In this document: positions 1 to 9,371 of the stretch, in pieces
How positions within the stretch are numbered: the first letter of the stretch is position 1
Layout of the letters: each line of letters begins with the position of its first letter
Assembly: GCA_016203205.1 (NCBI GenBank)
Contig: JACQNE010000004.1
Span: 1-49,083, forward strand
From: Candidatus Woesearchaeota archaeon
Lineage (GTDB): Archaea; Nanobdellota; Nanobdellia; Woesearchaeales; GW2011-AR9
Reading direction: 5' to 3'
Length of the DNA: 49,083 bases
Notes under the pieces: generated by a model
Database searches by the model: none
What the model saw: only the letters and a program-made list of their open reading frames with translations
Told to the model about the DNA's origin: nothing
Translations under genes and position numbers: made by a program

Positions 1-132
1 AGGGATACAGAAGAAAATCGGACCAGTTCCAGTAACGAAAACTCGCCACTCGAGCCTATCCACGAACTTCGTCCGTGGCCATCTCGCATTTTCTAGTATT
101 ATAGCTATCCTTCAGCGACGGCTCATCATCAC

Positions 133-522
133 TTACTCTTCGGATTGTGCCTCTGTCTCTCTCCCAATCAACGCTTCCAATTCGGAACGGGCCAGAACCG
201 GCCGAAAAGCACCCCTGAATTCTAAGAGCAATGGTCGAGTTTTGGGGATATTGGGATTAAACAATTCCCCATTTAATTGAGGATGATACACGCTTCCTTG
301 AGTCAGGAGAGCATAAAAGTCTCCCCCCGTTTTATCTTGATCAAGCTTCTCTTTTGTTTCCTGGTCTACGGCAAACCAGATTCCTTCGCCATTGCCGGAA
401 TGATATTTTTTCCAGGTATCAGGAAGATTGCCTTTGATGAGAAAATATGTTGGCCCCTCATCAGCAATGGCTTCTTCACGGATTTCGATCCATTCATCAA
501 CAGTGTATTGGCGGTTTTCCAT
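133..522 (-). CDS. hypothetical protein (129 aa, acidic)
   Basis: Intact ORF with no motif I recognise. The overlapping + strand ORF 277..561 looks like a shadow frame. Confidence 0.45.
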   Translation of the reverse strand: MENRQYTVDEWIEIREEAIADEGPTYFLIKGNLPDTWKKYHSGNGEGIWFAVDQETKEKLDQDKTGGDFYALLTQGSVYHPQLNGELFNPNIPKTRPLLLEFRGAFRPVLARSELEALIGRETEAQSEE

Positions 523-751
523 TATATCTCCCTTTTTTGTTTCTGTTTTAAAATGTTATGACTCTCCAGATCTGCACACTCCGGACCTGGCCAACGTTCG
601 TATTTAGTTTGCCGCTGGCTCGGCGTTTTTCCGTAATTTTCCCTGAAGTGAAAAAGCTGTTTTCCCGAAGAAAAACGCTCCAACCTCGTCTGACGAGGAG
701 ATTCTCTCGCTCGCACATTGGCGAAACTAAATACGTACGCACCAACGCAAG

Positions 752-761
752 CTATATAAAA
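752..761 (+). promoter_or_regulatory. TATA box (CTATATAAAA) upstream of AMP phosphorylase
   Basis: AT-rich TATA-like octamer about 40 nt upstream of the ATG at 797. A GAGG Shine-Dalgarno-like element lies at 786-789. Confidence 0.5.
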
Positions 762-796
762 TAATCCCCCTTACATCTCTCAAAAGAGGTTGTCTG

Positions 797-2275
797 ATGA
801 AGTTCCGCGTCAAAGATATGGATATTGCTTCCGGTGGTATCCTGATTGCCATTCTCAATCAGAAAGATGCGGCAAAGCTTGATCTCCATTCTGGTGATCG
901 TATTCTCCTGCGTAATGATGGCAGCGAAGCGACGTGTATCCTCGACATTTCTGAAAGCGACAAAGCTGTTCCTGAAGGGAAAATCGGCTTATTCGAAGAA
1001 GTGTTAGACCGCCTGCGGCTGAAAAACAACAGCATGGTGACGTTGCGCTTTACCGGAAAACCAGAATCCGTTGTGCATATCCGGGATAAATTGTATGGGA
1101 AACGTCTCGCCTATCAGGAATTATATCACATCATGGATGATATTACTCACGATCGCCTGACCGATATTGAAAAGACGTATTTTGTTTCTGCCGGCCTGGT
1201 CAACGGCTGGAATACAGATGAAGTCGTCGATATGACGCGGGCAATGGTGGAGACCGGCAAACGAGTAAAATTTAAGGGCAGGACTCTAGATAAACATAGT
1301 ATTGGTGGTGTTCCCGGGAATAGGACGACAATGCTCATCATCCCGATCGTCGCCGCCGCCGGCTTCACCATCGCGAAAACGAGTTCACGGGCAATCACTT
1401 CCCCGGCAGGAACAGCCGACACGATGGAATGTCTGGCAAATGTGGAATTGCCGGAGAAAAAGATCAAACAGGTGGTGCGTAAAACAAAAGCCTGCATGGT
1501 TCATGGCGGGGCGATGAATCTGGCGCCGGCAGACGACAAGATCATCGAAGTTGAACATCCACTGTCCGTCGATCCGGAAGGGCAGCTTCTCGCTTCAGTG
1601 ATGGCCAAGAAATATTCCGTGACGGCACGGCATGTACTTATTGATGTGCCCATGGGTAAAAGCACGAAAGCTAATACGTGGAAGAAAGCAAAACGGCTGC
1701 GCAAGATGTTCCGGCTCGTGGGGAAAAAATTGGGAATGGATGTTCGGGTGATTATTACCGATGGTTCTCATCCCATCGGCAATGGCATCGGTCCGTTGTT
1801 GGAAGCGGAAGATGTGATGGCTGTCTTACGCAACGATCCGCTGGCTTCTGAGGATCTGCGGCGGAAGTCTTTGATGATGGCCGGGATACTGTTAGAGATG
1901 ACGGGAAAATATAAAAAAGGAAAAGGGCTGGCAAAAGCGCGGGAGATCTTGGAAAGTGGAAAAGCGCTCAAGAAGATGGAAGAGATAATTCGAGCGCAGG
2001 GCCGGAAAAAGAGACCAAAGTTAGGCGTATTCTGCCACCATGTCTGTTCTGGAAAGATTGGGCGGGTAAGTCAGATCGATAATGATGTGATCGCGAAGAT
2101 TGCGCGGATCGCCGGTGCGCCAGCGGACAAAGGGGCAGGCCTGTTCCTGCGCAAGAAGATCCATGAAGTTGTAAAAAAAGGGGAGTCTCTCTACACGGTT
2201 TATGCCGAAAACAAGTTTAAGCTGGATTTGGCGATGGAGTTTATCCGTAAGAACACCGGGTACGTCGTGAAATGA
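797..2275 (+). CDS. deoA: AMP phosphorylase (archaeal thymidine-phosphorylase family enzyme with N-terminal extension)
   Basis: 492 aa. The N-terminal beta-domain (MKFRVKDMDIASGG..LNQKDAAKL) is followed by a glycosyltransferase family 3 core (DKHSIGGVPGNRTT, TSSRAITSPAGTADTME, DPEGQLLASVMAKK), typical of archaeal AMP phosphorylases. Confidence 0.85.
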   Translation: MKFRVKDMDIASGGILIAILNQKDAAKLDLHSGDRILLRNDGSEATCILDISESDKAVPEGKIGLFEEVLDRLRLKNNSMVTLRFTGKPESVVHIRDKLYGKRLAYQELYHIMDDITHDRLTDIEKTYFVSAGLVNGWNTDEVVDMTRAMVETGKRVKFKGRTLDKHSIGGVPGNRTTMLIIPIVAAAGFTIAKTSSRAITSPAGTADTMECLANVELPEKKIKQVVRKTKACMVHGGAMNLAPADDKIIEVEHPLSVDPEGQLLASVMAKKYSVTARHVLIDVPMGKSTKANTWKKAKRLRKMFRLVGKKLGMDVRVIITDGSHPIGNGIGPLLEAEDVMAVLRNDPLASEDLRRKSLMMAGILLEMTGKYKKGKGLAKAREILESGKALKKMEEIIRAQGRKKRPKLGVFCHHVCSGKIGRVSQIDNDVIAKIARIAGAPADKGAGLFLRKKIHEVVKKGESLYTVYAENKFKLDLAMEFIRKNTGYVVK

Positions 2276-2817
2276 TGGTCAAGCGCCTATTTCAAGGATT
2301 GGGAAAAGAAAAAAAGAAAATAGAATTGGATCTACGCTCCGCCTTGCGGCGGAGGGAGCGTCTTGGTTCTGTTGATATTTTAACTATCCTCCAGAAAGAG
2401 ATTCATCGTGTTGAACAGAACCTGCAAAGAATTGATGAATTCTATCGAAAGAACTTACGGTTCAGTGATCGTCTCTCGGATCGGATTGCGGAAGTGGGTG
2501 GGAGCTGGGCATTTATCATCTCTTTTTTAGTATTTCTCTTTGCCTGGATGATCTTAAATAGCTTGATCTTGGCTGGAAAAGCTTTTGACCACTATCCTTA
2601 TATCCTCTTGAATCTCATCTTATCCACGCTGGCGGCGATCCAGGCACCGATTATCTTGATGAGCCAGAACCGGGCATCGAAACGTGATCAGGCGCGGATG
2701 GAGATCGACTTAGAAAAAGATTTGAGAGATCTGCACGTTGATGAAGCATCGCACCGGATCTTGTTAGACTTGCGGCGGGATCTGGAAGCGGTGAAGAAGA
2801 AGATTGGCGTGAAATAA
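2272..2817 (+). CDS. DUF1003 family membrane protein
   Basis: Motifs SDRLSDRIAEVGGSWAFII, two TM helices, YPYILLNLILSTLAAIQAPIILMSQNR and a C-terminal coiled segment. ATGA overlap with the upstream gene. Confidence 0.75.
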   Translation: MMVKRLFQGLGKEKKKIELDLRSALRRRERLGSVDILTILQKEIHRVEQNLQRIDEFYRKNLRFSDRLSDRIAEVGGSWAFIISFLVFLFAWMILNSLILAGKAFDHYPYILLNLILSTLAAIQAPIILMSQNRASKRDQARMEIDLEKDLRDLHVDEASHRILLDLRRDLEAVKKKIGVK

Positions 2818-2827
2818 GTTTTTATTT
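2818..2827 (+). terminator. oligo-T tract after the DUF1003 gene
   Basis: GTTTTTATTT lies immediately after the stop codon. Archaeal termination typically uses T-runs. Confidence 0.35.
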
Positions 2828-2860
2828 GGATGAGCTGATTGTTGTTTGAAAGACCGCAAG

Positions 2861-2870
2861 TTATATAAAT
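2861..2870 (+). promoter_or_regulatory. TATA box (TTATATAAAT) for the MNT/HepT pair
   Basis: Centred about 27 nt upstream of the GTG start at 2893, suggesting a leaderless transcript. Confidence 0.55.
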
Positions 2871-2892
2871 CATTAAATGAATAATATTTTCC

Positions 2893-3291
2893 GTGAAAAT
2901 AGGACATTCTACGGAGTTAAAGAGAATTGCACGAAAGTACAAATTAGAGTTGCTCTTGCTGTTTGGATCGCAGGCCAAGGGCGGGACTCATTCAAAAAGT
3001 GATATTGATCTCGCCTTCTTTTCACAGGTAAAAATAGATGAACAACGATTGTATGAAGATATAATGAAGATATTTCGGCGTGGAGATGTTGACCTCATCA
3101 ATCTTTATACCACCCACAATCATTCTCTACGCTATGAAATTTTAAGTAAAGGACTGATAATTTATGAAAGAAAGAAGGGGATAAAAAGTAAAATGGAAGG
3201 CCAAAGTTTCATTGATTATCTGGATTTCCAACGGTATTATACTTTGCGCAGCAAACTGCTGGACTCCAAATTGAGCGCAATGGTGAGTTGA
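2893..3291 (+). CDS. nucleotidyltransferase-domain protein (MNT-type antitoxin)
   Basis: LLLFGSQAKGGTHSKSDIDLAF is the GSx10-12DxD minimal nucleotidyltransferase signature. 4-nt overlap with the downstream HEPN gene. Confidence 0.8.
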   Translation: MKIGHSTELKRIARKYKLELLLLFGSQAKGGTHSKSDIDLAFFSQVKIDEQRLYEDIMKIFRRGDVDLINLYTTHNHSLRYEILSKGLIIYERKKGIKSKMEGQSFIDYLDFQRYYTLRSKLLDSKLSAMVS

Positions 3292-3713
3292 TGGAAAAAG
3301 TCGTTGTTGAGAATAAGATTGAATCGTTCATCAATCTCCTGGAGATATTGAAGAATATCCTAAATGAACATACTCGGCAGAAAGATAGTTCACTGCAGGA
3401 ATATCTTCTCTATGCTGCCGAGAAGAAAGCGGAGGAGATCGTGGAATTAGCTGTTTCTGTTAATCAGGAACTATTGCGCGGGAAAGGCAAGATCAGTTCT
3501 AGCTATTACGAAAGCTTTTTGGACTTAAAGTTGTTCTCTGTCTTTTCCGATGCAGAGTTACGCGTGCTGGCGGGCACGGCAGGATTTCGTAATCGCTTAG
3601 CCCATGAGTACTTAGAAGTTGATCCACATATTGCCCTGAAAACAATGAAGCAGATGCTGGTTATGTATCCACCCTATCTTCAAAAGGTAAAAAAGCTACT
3701 TTCCAAGCTGTAG
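3288..3713 (+). CDS. DUF86/HepT HEPN-domain protein (toxin of the MNT-HepT pair)
   Basis: Contains FRNRLAHEY, the Rx4HxY HEPN motif. Size (141 aa) and pairing with an upstream MNT gene are typical. Confidence 0.8.
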   Translation: MMEKVVVENKIESFINLLEILKNILNEHTRQKDSSLQEYLLYAAEKKAEEIVELAVSVNQELLRGKGKISSSYYESFLDLKLFSVFSDAELRVLAGTAGFRNRLAHEYLEVDPHIALKTMKQMLVMYPPYLQKVKKLLSKL

Positions 3714-3736
3714 TTTTTCGTCCGGGCAACAGCAAA

Positions 3737-3746
3737 GTATATAAAT
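3737..3746 (+). promoter_or_regulatory. TATA box (GTATATAAAT) for the 3783-10298 surface-protein operon
   Basis: About 40 nt upstream of the ATG at 3783, with an AAGGAG Shine-Dalgarno-like element at 3771-3776. Confidence 0.5.
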
Positions 3747-3782
3747 CTCCACAGATTCTTTTTATTCGTAAAGGAGATGTAG

Positions 3783-6700
3783 ATGGTACGGAAAGTAAAA
3801 CAGAATATTCCTCGAAATAGAATTTTCATTCTTGTCGCCAGTGTCTTGGTTCTCGCTGTTCTCATTGGAGTTCTTTATCCGCTGGTGAAGGAGCAAGGCG
3901 TGGCGGGGAAGGCGGTGGCGGCTGTTGAGCAGCCGGCCAAACAGTGTGGGGTTAGTGGGTCTGTTGTTGCTTACTCATCTGATTTGTCTGTGTTATGCAC
4001 TGACAAAAACAAGGGAGTGATATGTGATCCAAAAAAAAATCTCGGCTTCATCCAAAATATCAACGGCCAGTTTGATGTGCGCTGTTCAAAGAAAACTACT
4101 GGCGAACCGTTCTGGATGGAATGTAACGCTGACGGGACTTTGGGTGGTTCTGGAAAAATCGTTCCCGTCGCCGCCGGAGCGGTCTCCCAGGGCAATACAC
4201 TCTGTGCGCAAAATGGAAAATATGAATCCTGGTTTGTCTGTCCGCTTGGTTCAAAAGTAGGTAAAGACGGCGTTGATGATCAAGCACTGGTGCAGACAGA
4301 AAATGGGGATTTTCTGTGTTCGGATGCCAAGCAAAAATGGCTCTTATGTGATAAACCCCTCCAAAATCAGGATTTTTTTGAAAAAGACGGTAAGACCGTA
4401 TTGTTCTATTGCCAGGAGGAAGCAGGTGAATTAAAGTGGAGTAAGTGTTCTTATGTTAATCTTGGAAAAATGACCAATAACAAATTCAGATACTGTGACG
4501 GCAGCGAGTGGAAAAAATGTGATGCTTCGAGCCTTGGCGTAAGTCCTACTGGACAGTTTTATTGCGCCAGCGGTTCTGATCAGAAATGGCAGGAATGTAA
4601 TCAGGATACTGTCAAAAACTCGTTCAGTTCCGACTATAAAGCACTCTGTAAAGATGGGGCATGGCAGATGTTACCTGAAGCCGCCACTCCTCCCCCTGGT
4701 TACGCTTGGGAAGTTGCGCCTGTTGTGCAGAGCAGTGTTGGTACGGGTACAGTTATTTTGAATAAAGTAAGGCAGGGCCCAATCGTGCAGGTCGTCGGTA
4801 ACTCAAAATATTATTGTCCAAGCACCCAATATTGTCCGGGGGCATCGTATAAAACCGGTGAACAAGATACATCTTATTGTTATGAAAAGAATAGTCTCTC
4901 TCCACAACTTGGCCTGCCTGCTCGGTTGTGTACTCTCGAGAAAAATAGTCAGGGGGATGATGAAGGTGTTTGGAGGCTATGCTCTAACGTACTCCCGCAA
5001 GAGTATAAGCTCTACAATGAAAAATATCTTTGTGTAACCAAACCCAACAAAGCGTTCTGGGACAAGTGCGACCAAGACAAAGTTTCCGGTGATAACAATG
5101 AATATTATTGTGATGGCACAACCTGGACAGAATGCACCTCCGCCCGCGAAGGGATGGCCAGCACTAATGATAATTATCTCTGCATCAATAAAAGATGGAC
5201 CTCCCATTTTGTTCTCCATGAAGAGGAAATTTTTGAAACCAAAGTAGAGAAAGGCGGGAAAGCAAAAATGATCACTAACTCTGCTCTTGACCCTGGTTTA
5301 GCCGACGTGGCTACACTCTGTGACACGGGCACGGAAAATGTGCAGTTTAAAGCGACGCTCTGTGACGGCACAGCACCACCAAAAACATTGACCGTCTCTT
5401 CACTGTCTTTTCTCCGCGGGTCTAATCAGCCGCTGACCGTGCAAAACGATCTGCTCTACACGTATGCTGAAGTTGAGCCAAAAACAGTGAGTGTGCATGC
5501 CATTGTTCACCCAGAAACTGCTGCCGTAACCCTTGCTGAGTCAGTTCTCGCTAATAATTTTGCCCATGGCCGCCGTCTGGCTGTGGAAGTGGACGGACAA
5601 TATTATCTCTTAGTTCAATCTCCGGCTGGACCGCTGAACTTAGCGGCGCTGCAGTTAATCTCCTTGCCTTCCGAAGAGGCGGTACCTGTGACCGCACTAG
5701 CTTCAGATAAATATCAATTTGAAATTCAAGCAAAAAAAGTATTGACGTTGACCTATGACGGGACAAAAATAGTTATTGCCGTCGGAAAACCAACCGAAGC
5801 GTTGGCCGGGCAGGTCACGCAGCACACGCTGGCGGGCGAGTACGAAGTGTCGTTCTCCAAAAAAGAGCCGATATTACTGCAGGATTTTGGCGGTACAAAA
5901 CTGGTGCCCTGTCTTTCCGATAAGCCGAATGATCCCTTGACACTACAAGTGTGTCTGACTGATGAATCGCAAAAGCCATTCGTAACATTGCAGAGAGATG
6001 TGCTGACCGAAACTAAATTATTGGATATTCCGGTAGCGCTGCTTTACCAGTGGGATCTAGAAACGAACAGCAAGCAGGCTTCCATCTTTTATTTGAAACA
6101 ATTAGATGGCTCAACCGCTGCCCAGCCAACAGAATTGGTGTATGAAGATTTTGTGGACAATCTGGTCACGGGAGGAAAGGGGGTTGCCCTTTCTTTTGCC
6201 GGCGATCTGTACTTGATGAGCCATGGCGGAAAAGTTTTGTCCCTGCCTCTGATCAACTTGACGGCGTATACCGACGGAAGCATTACTCTTTATAGTTCTG
6301 GTTCGCAAAGCGAGAAGACGGTGGACTTTTTAGTAGAGGGGGGAATGATCTCATTGACAAGGGGATTTACTGCCCCGCCGCCGCCGTTTACGCTTTCCGT
6401 GCAGACAACAGAAGAATTGCTGGCAAATCCATTGGATCTGGTTCAGGAATTGTCTACTTCTTTCTCTTCGCAAGTGCCGGTGATGATCACCAGCCCCATC
6501 AATTATGGCATCCTTGGTCAGGATACAACCAGCGCAAATCCGGATGTCCTGGGTTTCAAGCCATTGTTTAAAGTGAAAGGCGATGCCACAGGCCAGGCGC
6601 AATTGGCCTTGCCGTTCCAGAAGCCGTTGATCAACGGCAGGACACTTCTCTATTATTATGGCGCTGAACTTAAAGAAGGGGAATTGATCAAAACCGCACG

Positions 6701-7913
6701 TGTCTTTCATTATTTTAATCTGACGGACAAGGCTGCCGACAGCCAGGCGTTTGATGATCAATTCTTGGATATGTTCATGGGAAAAGGAAAAGAGATCGCG
6801 TTGGGATTGGGCAACGGATATTATGTATTAAGTTACGCTGGCGCAACGCCAGAACAAAAATCATTCTATGAATTTGAACAGCTGCAACTGGCATCATTAG
6901 ACGGAACGCAGAAAATCACTCCCACAGTTGATGAACTGCAGGCGTCATTTGCTGTTCCACAGGGAACGATCATGGTCAGCGTCGATCAAGCTGTCACAAA
7001 GATGACTTTTACCAAGAAAGGGGCACAAGAAATCGCTAAAGAAGCTGTTACAGAATCATTTGATCCGGCGGTGGATTATAAATATACCTTGGTTCCGGGA
7101 AAGATCGTGAATGTCGCTGGTGACACCTATGAAATCTGTGATAAAGGGGTGTTTCTCACAGTTTTTGACCGCGTACGACTCTGTAAAAATGGGGATTTTT
7201 ATAAGACCATAAAAGGAAAAGAATTTCTGACGGAGAATAATGTTTTGATTTATTATTCCAACTATGATTCTGAACTTAAACAGAAATCGGTTATTCTGGA
7301 AAAATATGTAGACTTTTCCGCGTCTAAAGGCGGCGCAACAGTTACTAACGACCAATTCTTCTCACTTCCTCCCGAAAAAATGGGTCTTGGTCTGAAATGG
7401 AATGATAAATGGTATGAATTTGGTTCTAATGGGTTTATTTCTCTCTCTAGTGCGGGGTATTGCGCTGGCAACCTTTTTACAGTAGATGTTGAAAAAATGA
7501 GTAGTACTGGCTATATCATTTGTACTCACAGTGAAGTGAAAAAAGACAAGAAAGACAAGATTGTCACTTCCACCACAAATCTATTGAGAGTAGAAAAGGA
7601 GATCATTGAGCTAACTGGCGATGTTATCTACACGATCACTCCGACGACGTTCAAATTAGCGTCATCTGTCCCTGTTGAAGTGAAAGATATTGAGACCTTC
7701 TTCGAGCCGGCAGGTGAGAAGTCATTTGCCTACGTAGTCAAAGTAACGTCCGGAAAGGTCTTGGCAGATGTCGTGTTTTCGGTAGAAAACAATGTCATCT
7801 TTAAGGCATCTCTGCCGGAAGGTGTGACCAGGGCAGTTCTGCTCCCTAACAGTCAAACGATTAAAGTTACAGTTGTCGATCTCCAGAAAAATATAATCAC
7901 GGTGTCAACATGA
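3783..7913 (+). CDS. giant membrane-anchored/secreted cysteine-repeat surface protein (1376 aa)
   Basis: N-terminal basic stretch plus TM helix (IFILVASVLVLAVLIGVLY). Residues about 55-480 carry about 10 copies of a [FY]xC-x(3-12)-W-x(1-2)-C unit. The remainder is a Cys-poor beta-rich region. Confidence 0.8.
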   Translation: MVRKVKQNIPRNRIFILVASVLVLAVLIGVLYPLVKEQGVAGKAVAAVEQPAKQCGVSGSVVAYSSDLSVLCTDKNKGVICDPKKNLGFIQNINGQFDVRCSKKTTGEPFWMECNADGTLGGSGKIVPVAAGAVSQGNTLCAQNGKYESWFVCPLGSKVGKDGVDDQALVQTENGDFLCSDAKQKWLLCDKPLQNQDFFEKDGKTVLFYCQEEAGELKWSKCSYVNLGKMTNNKFRYCDGSEWKKCDASSLGVSPTGQFYCASGSDQKWQECNQDTVKNSFSSDYKALCKDGAWQMLPEAATPPPGYAWEVAPVVQSSVGTGTVILNKVRQGPIVQVVGNSKYYCPSTQYCPGASYKTGEQDTSYCYEKNSLSPQLGLPARLCTLEKNSQGDDEGVWRLCSNVLPQEYKLYNEKYLCVTKPNKAFWDKCDQDKVSGDNNEYYCDGTTWTECTSAREGMASTNDNYLCINKRWTSHFVLHEEEIFETKVEKGGKAKMITNSALDPGLADVATLCDTGTENVQFKATLCDGTAPPKTLTVSSLSFLRGSNQPLTVQNDLLYTYAEVEPKTVSVHAIVHPETAAVTLAESVLANNFAHGRRLAVEVDGQYYLLVQSPAGPLNLAALQLISLPSEEAVPVTALASDKYQFEIQAKKVLTLTYDGTKIVIAVGKPTEALAGQVTQHTLAGEYEVSFSKKEPILLQDFGGTKLVPCLSDKPNDPLTLQVCLTDESQKPFVTLQRDVLTETKLLDIPVALLYQWDLETNSKQASIFYLKQLDGSTAAQPTELVYEDFVDNLVTGGKGVALSFAGDLYLMSHGGKVLSLPLINLTAYTDGSITLYSSGSQSEKTVDFLVEGGMISLTRGFTAPPPPFTLSVQTTEELLANPLDLVQELSTSFSSQVPVMITSPINYGILGQDTTSANPDVLGFKPLFKVKGDATGQAQLALPFQKPLINGRTLLYYYGAELKEGELIKTARVFHYFNLTDKAADSQAFDDQFLDMFMGKGKEIALGLGNGYYVLSYAGATPEQKSFYEFEQLQLASLDGTQKITPTVDELQASFAVPQGTIMVSVDQAVTKMTFTKKGAQEIAKEAVTESFDPAVDYKYTLVPGKIVNVAGDTYEICDKGVFLTVFDRVRLCKNGDFYKTIKGKEFLTENNVLIYYSNYDSELKQKSVILEKYVDFSASKGGATVTNDQFFSLPPEKMGLGLKWNDKWYEFGSNGFISLSSAGYCAGNLFTVDVEKMSSTGYIICTHSEVKKDKKDKIVTSTTNLLRVEKEIIELTGDVIYTITPTTFKLASSVPVEVKDIETFFEPAGEKSFAYVVKVTSGKVLADVVFSVENNVIFKASLPEGVTRAVLLPNSQTIKVTVVDLQKNIITVST

Positions 7914-9361
7914 AACAGATAACCTCGCGGGCAACAACAAATAAAAAACAGAATGATTCTTCTGTCAATAATTCTTCGGTTAAGAGGAGAAATTCTTCGT
8001 TGTCGAAAGGCCTTTCCGTCAGGCTGGCTGTGGTGATCGGCATCTTGATCCTGATTGTTTTGGGCGGATTGTGGTATCAGTTTGCCTCTGTCGGGAAAGC
8101 AGTGGAAGCTCCCCTGCCCACTGCCGTTGATCTTGACCTCCAAGCTTCCGAAGAGATCAATATTGAAAATGTTCCGACAATCCAAATCAAGGTAACTCGT
8201 TCTGATGCTAAATCGAGCGCAGAATATTCTTTAGATTTAACTGTCAATGATGACGAGAGCAGTTACCCGAGCTTCAGTTCCAGTTATGTCTTGAAAGATT
8301 CAACCAAGACCATTTTGGCGCAAGAGCTGTTGAACGATCTCTCCTCGGGCAAGGAGATTTATCTTCCCGGCGATGAACATCCGGATTTGTTGATCAGCTA
8401 CGCTGCGCCCTACCTCAAAATTGCGAATCTGAATTACATCTCCCCTGAAGCAGTCAAGATCACCGTCTTTGATAGTGCTGAGAAAGTAGTCTCTTCACCA
8501 TTCTTGTCATTAACGGATGGCAAAGCGCATTTTGTGTTTAATGCGACGAGCAGTGCCGCGCCGACCTTGACGGCGCAGTGGGCAGATGGTACGCCATTGG
8601 ATGAGGGCGTGTTTGTGGTGACGATGCCAACGGAGATGCCGGTGGAGATACCCGAAGAAGGTGCTCCATCAACTAAAGCAACACTAGCAACACTAGATTG
8701 GAGTCAAGAACAGGATGGAGCCTACCCTTTTGTTGTCGTGGGAAAGGTCGGCGATCAGCAGACAGTTAAGAGATATGTCTTAAGTGTCGGCGGCATCTTA
8801 TACGATTTGGATAAAACTAATCTTCCTGCTGTTTCCGTGAAGCAGCTTGATGCCAACACGATCGCGGTCACTTATACTTTTGTTGAAACGACAGATCCCC
8901 AGCCTTTTTCCCTGCCCTGCGGCAAACTAGAGCTTGTCGATGGGACTATTTCAGATGATCTCAAAGCGAAGATTGACATCATTTCCTCTTATGGTGGTGG
9001 AATTAAGCAATGGAAGAAAGATGTTCCCTCTAATTTCAAAGAACTGCAATCAAATAAAGGTTATTTTCTCCAACGCAAGACTGCATCGGGAGATTTAAGT
9101 TTCACGGTGCAATGTAAATCCAGCAAGAACATACTTCCTCCCGATTCCACACCGCTCTTTTCTCTTCCGGTGCTGAATAAAGGCTGGAACCTGATCGGGA
9201 TCAGCGGTTATGAATCGGTTGCTGTAGAAAAATTAGAAACCTCCCTCCCGCCCTATACAGCTATCTCCGCTCTCTATTCCCTGACCGGACAAGGGGCGGA
9301 TACGAGCACTCCCGTTAGCGAATTAGAACCAGGCCGAGCCTATTGGGTGAGGGTACAATGA
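7910..9361 (+). CDS. N-terminally anchored extracellular protein (483 aa)
   Basis: ATGA overlap with the upstream gene. A polar leader is followed by a TM helix (LAVVIGILILIVLGGLWY), then a beta-rich ectodomain with no recognised catalytic motif. Confidence 0.7.
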   Translation: MKQITSRATTNKKQNDSSVNNSSVKRRNSSLSKGLSVRLAVVIGILILIVLGGLWYQFASVGKAVEAPLPTAVDLDLQASEEINIENVPTIQIKVTRSDAKSSAEYSLDLTVNDDESSYPSFSSSYVLKDSTKTILAQELLNDLSSGKEIYLPGDEHPDLLISYAAPYLKIANLNYISPEAVKITVFDSAEKVVSSPFLSLTDGKAHFVFNATSSAAPTLTAQWADGTPLDEGVFVVTMPTEMPVEIPEEGAPSTKATLATLDWSQEQDGAYPFVVVGKVGDQQTVKRYVLSVGGILYDLDKTNLPAVSVKQLDANTIAVTYTFVETTDPQPFSLPCGKLELVDGTISDDLKAKIDIISSYGGGIKQWKKDVPSNFKELQSNKGYFLQRKTASGDLSFTVQCKSSKNILPPDSTPLFSLPVLNKGWNLIGISGYESVAVEKLETSLPPYTAISALYSLTGQGADTSTPVSELEPGRAYWVRVQ

Positions 9362-9371
9362 GGAAATTACA

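Noticed and set aside
1-132. Open frames running off the left edge (+ frame ending at the TAG at 94-96; minus frame open to position 1)
   Set aside because: Both strands are open, the fragment is under 35 codons and no motif is visible. It cannot be assigned from this window.
522-764. Three mutually overlapping 64-68 aa ORFs (522..716 -, 548..745 -, 558..764 +) in the first intergenic region
   Set aside because: They overlap each other in different frames. Their composition is Arg/Ser-rich and low-complexity, and they have no promoter or RBS context. They most likely reflect a non-coding spacer.
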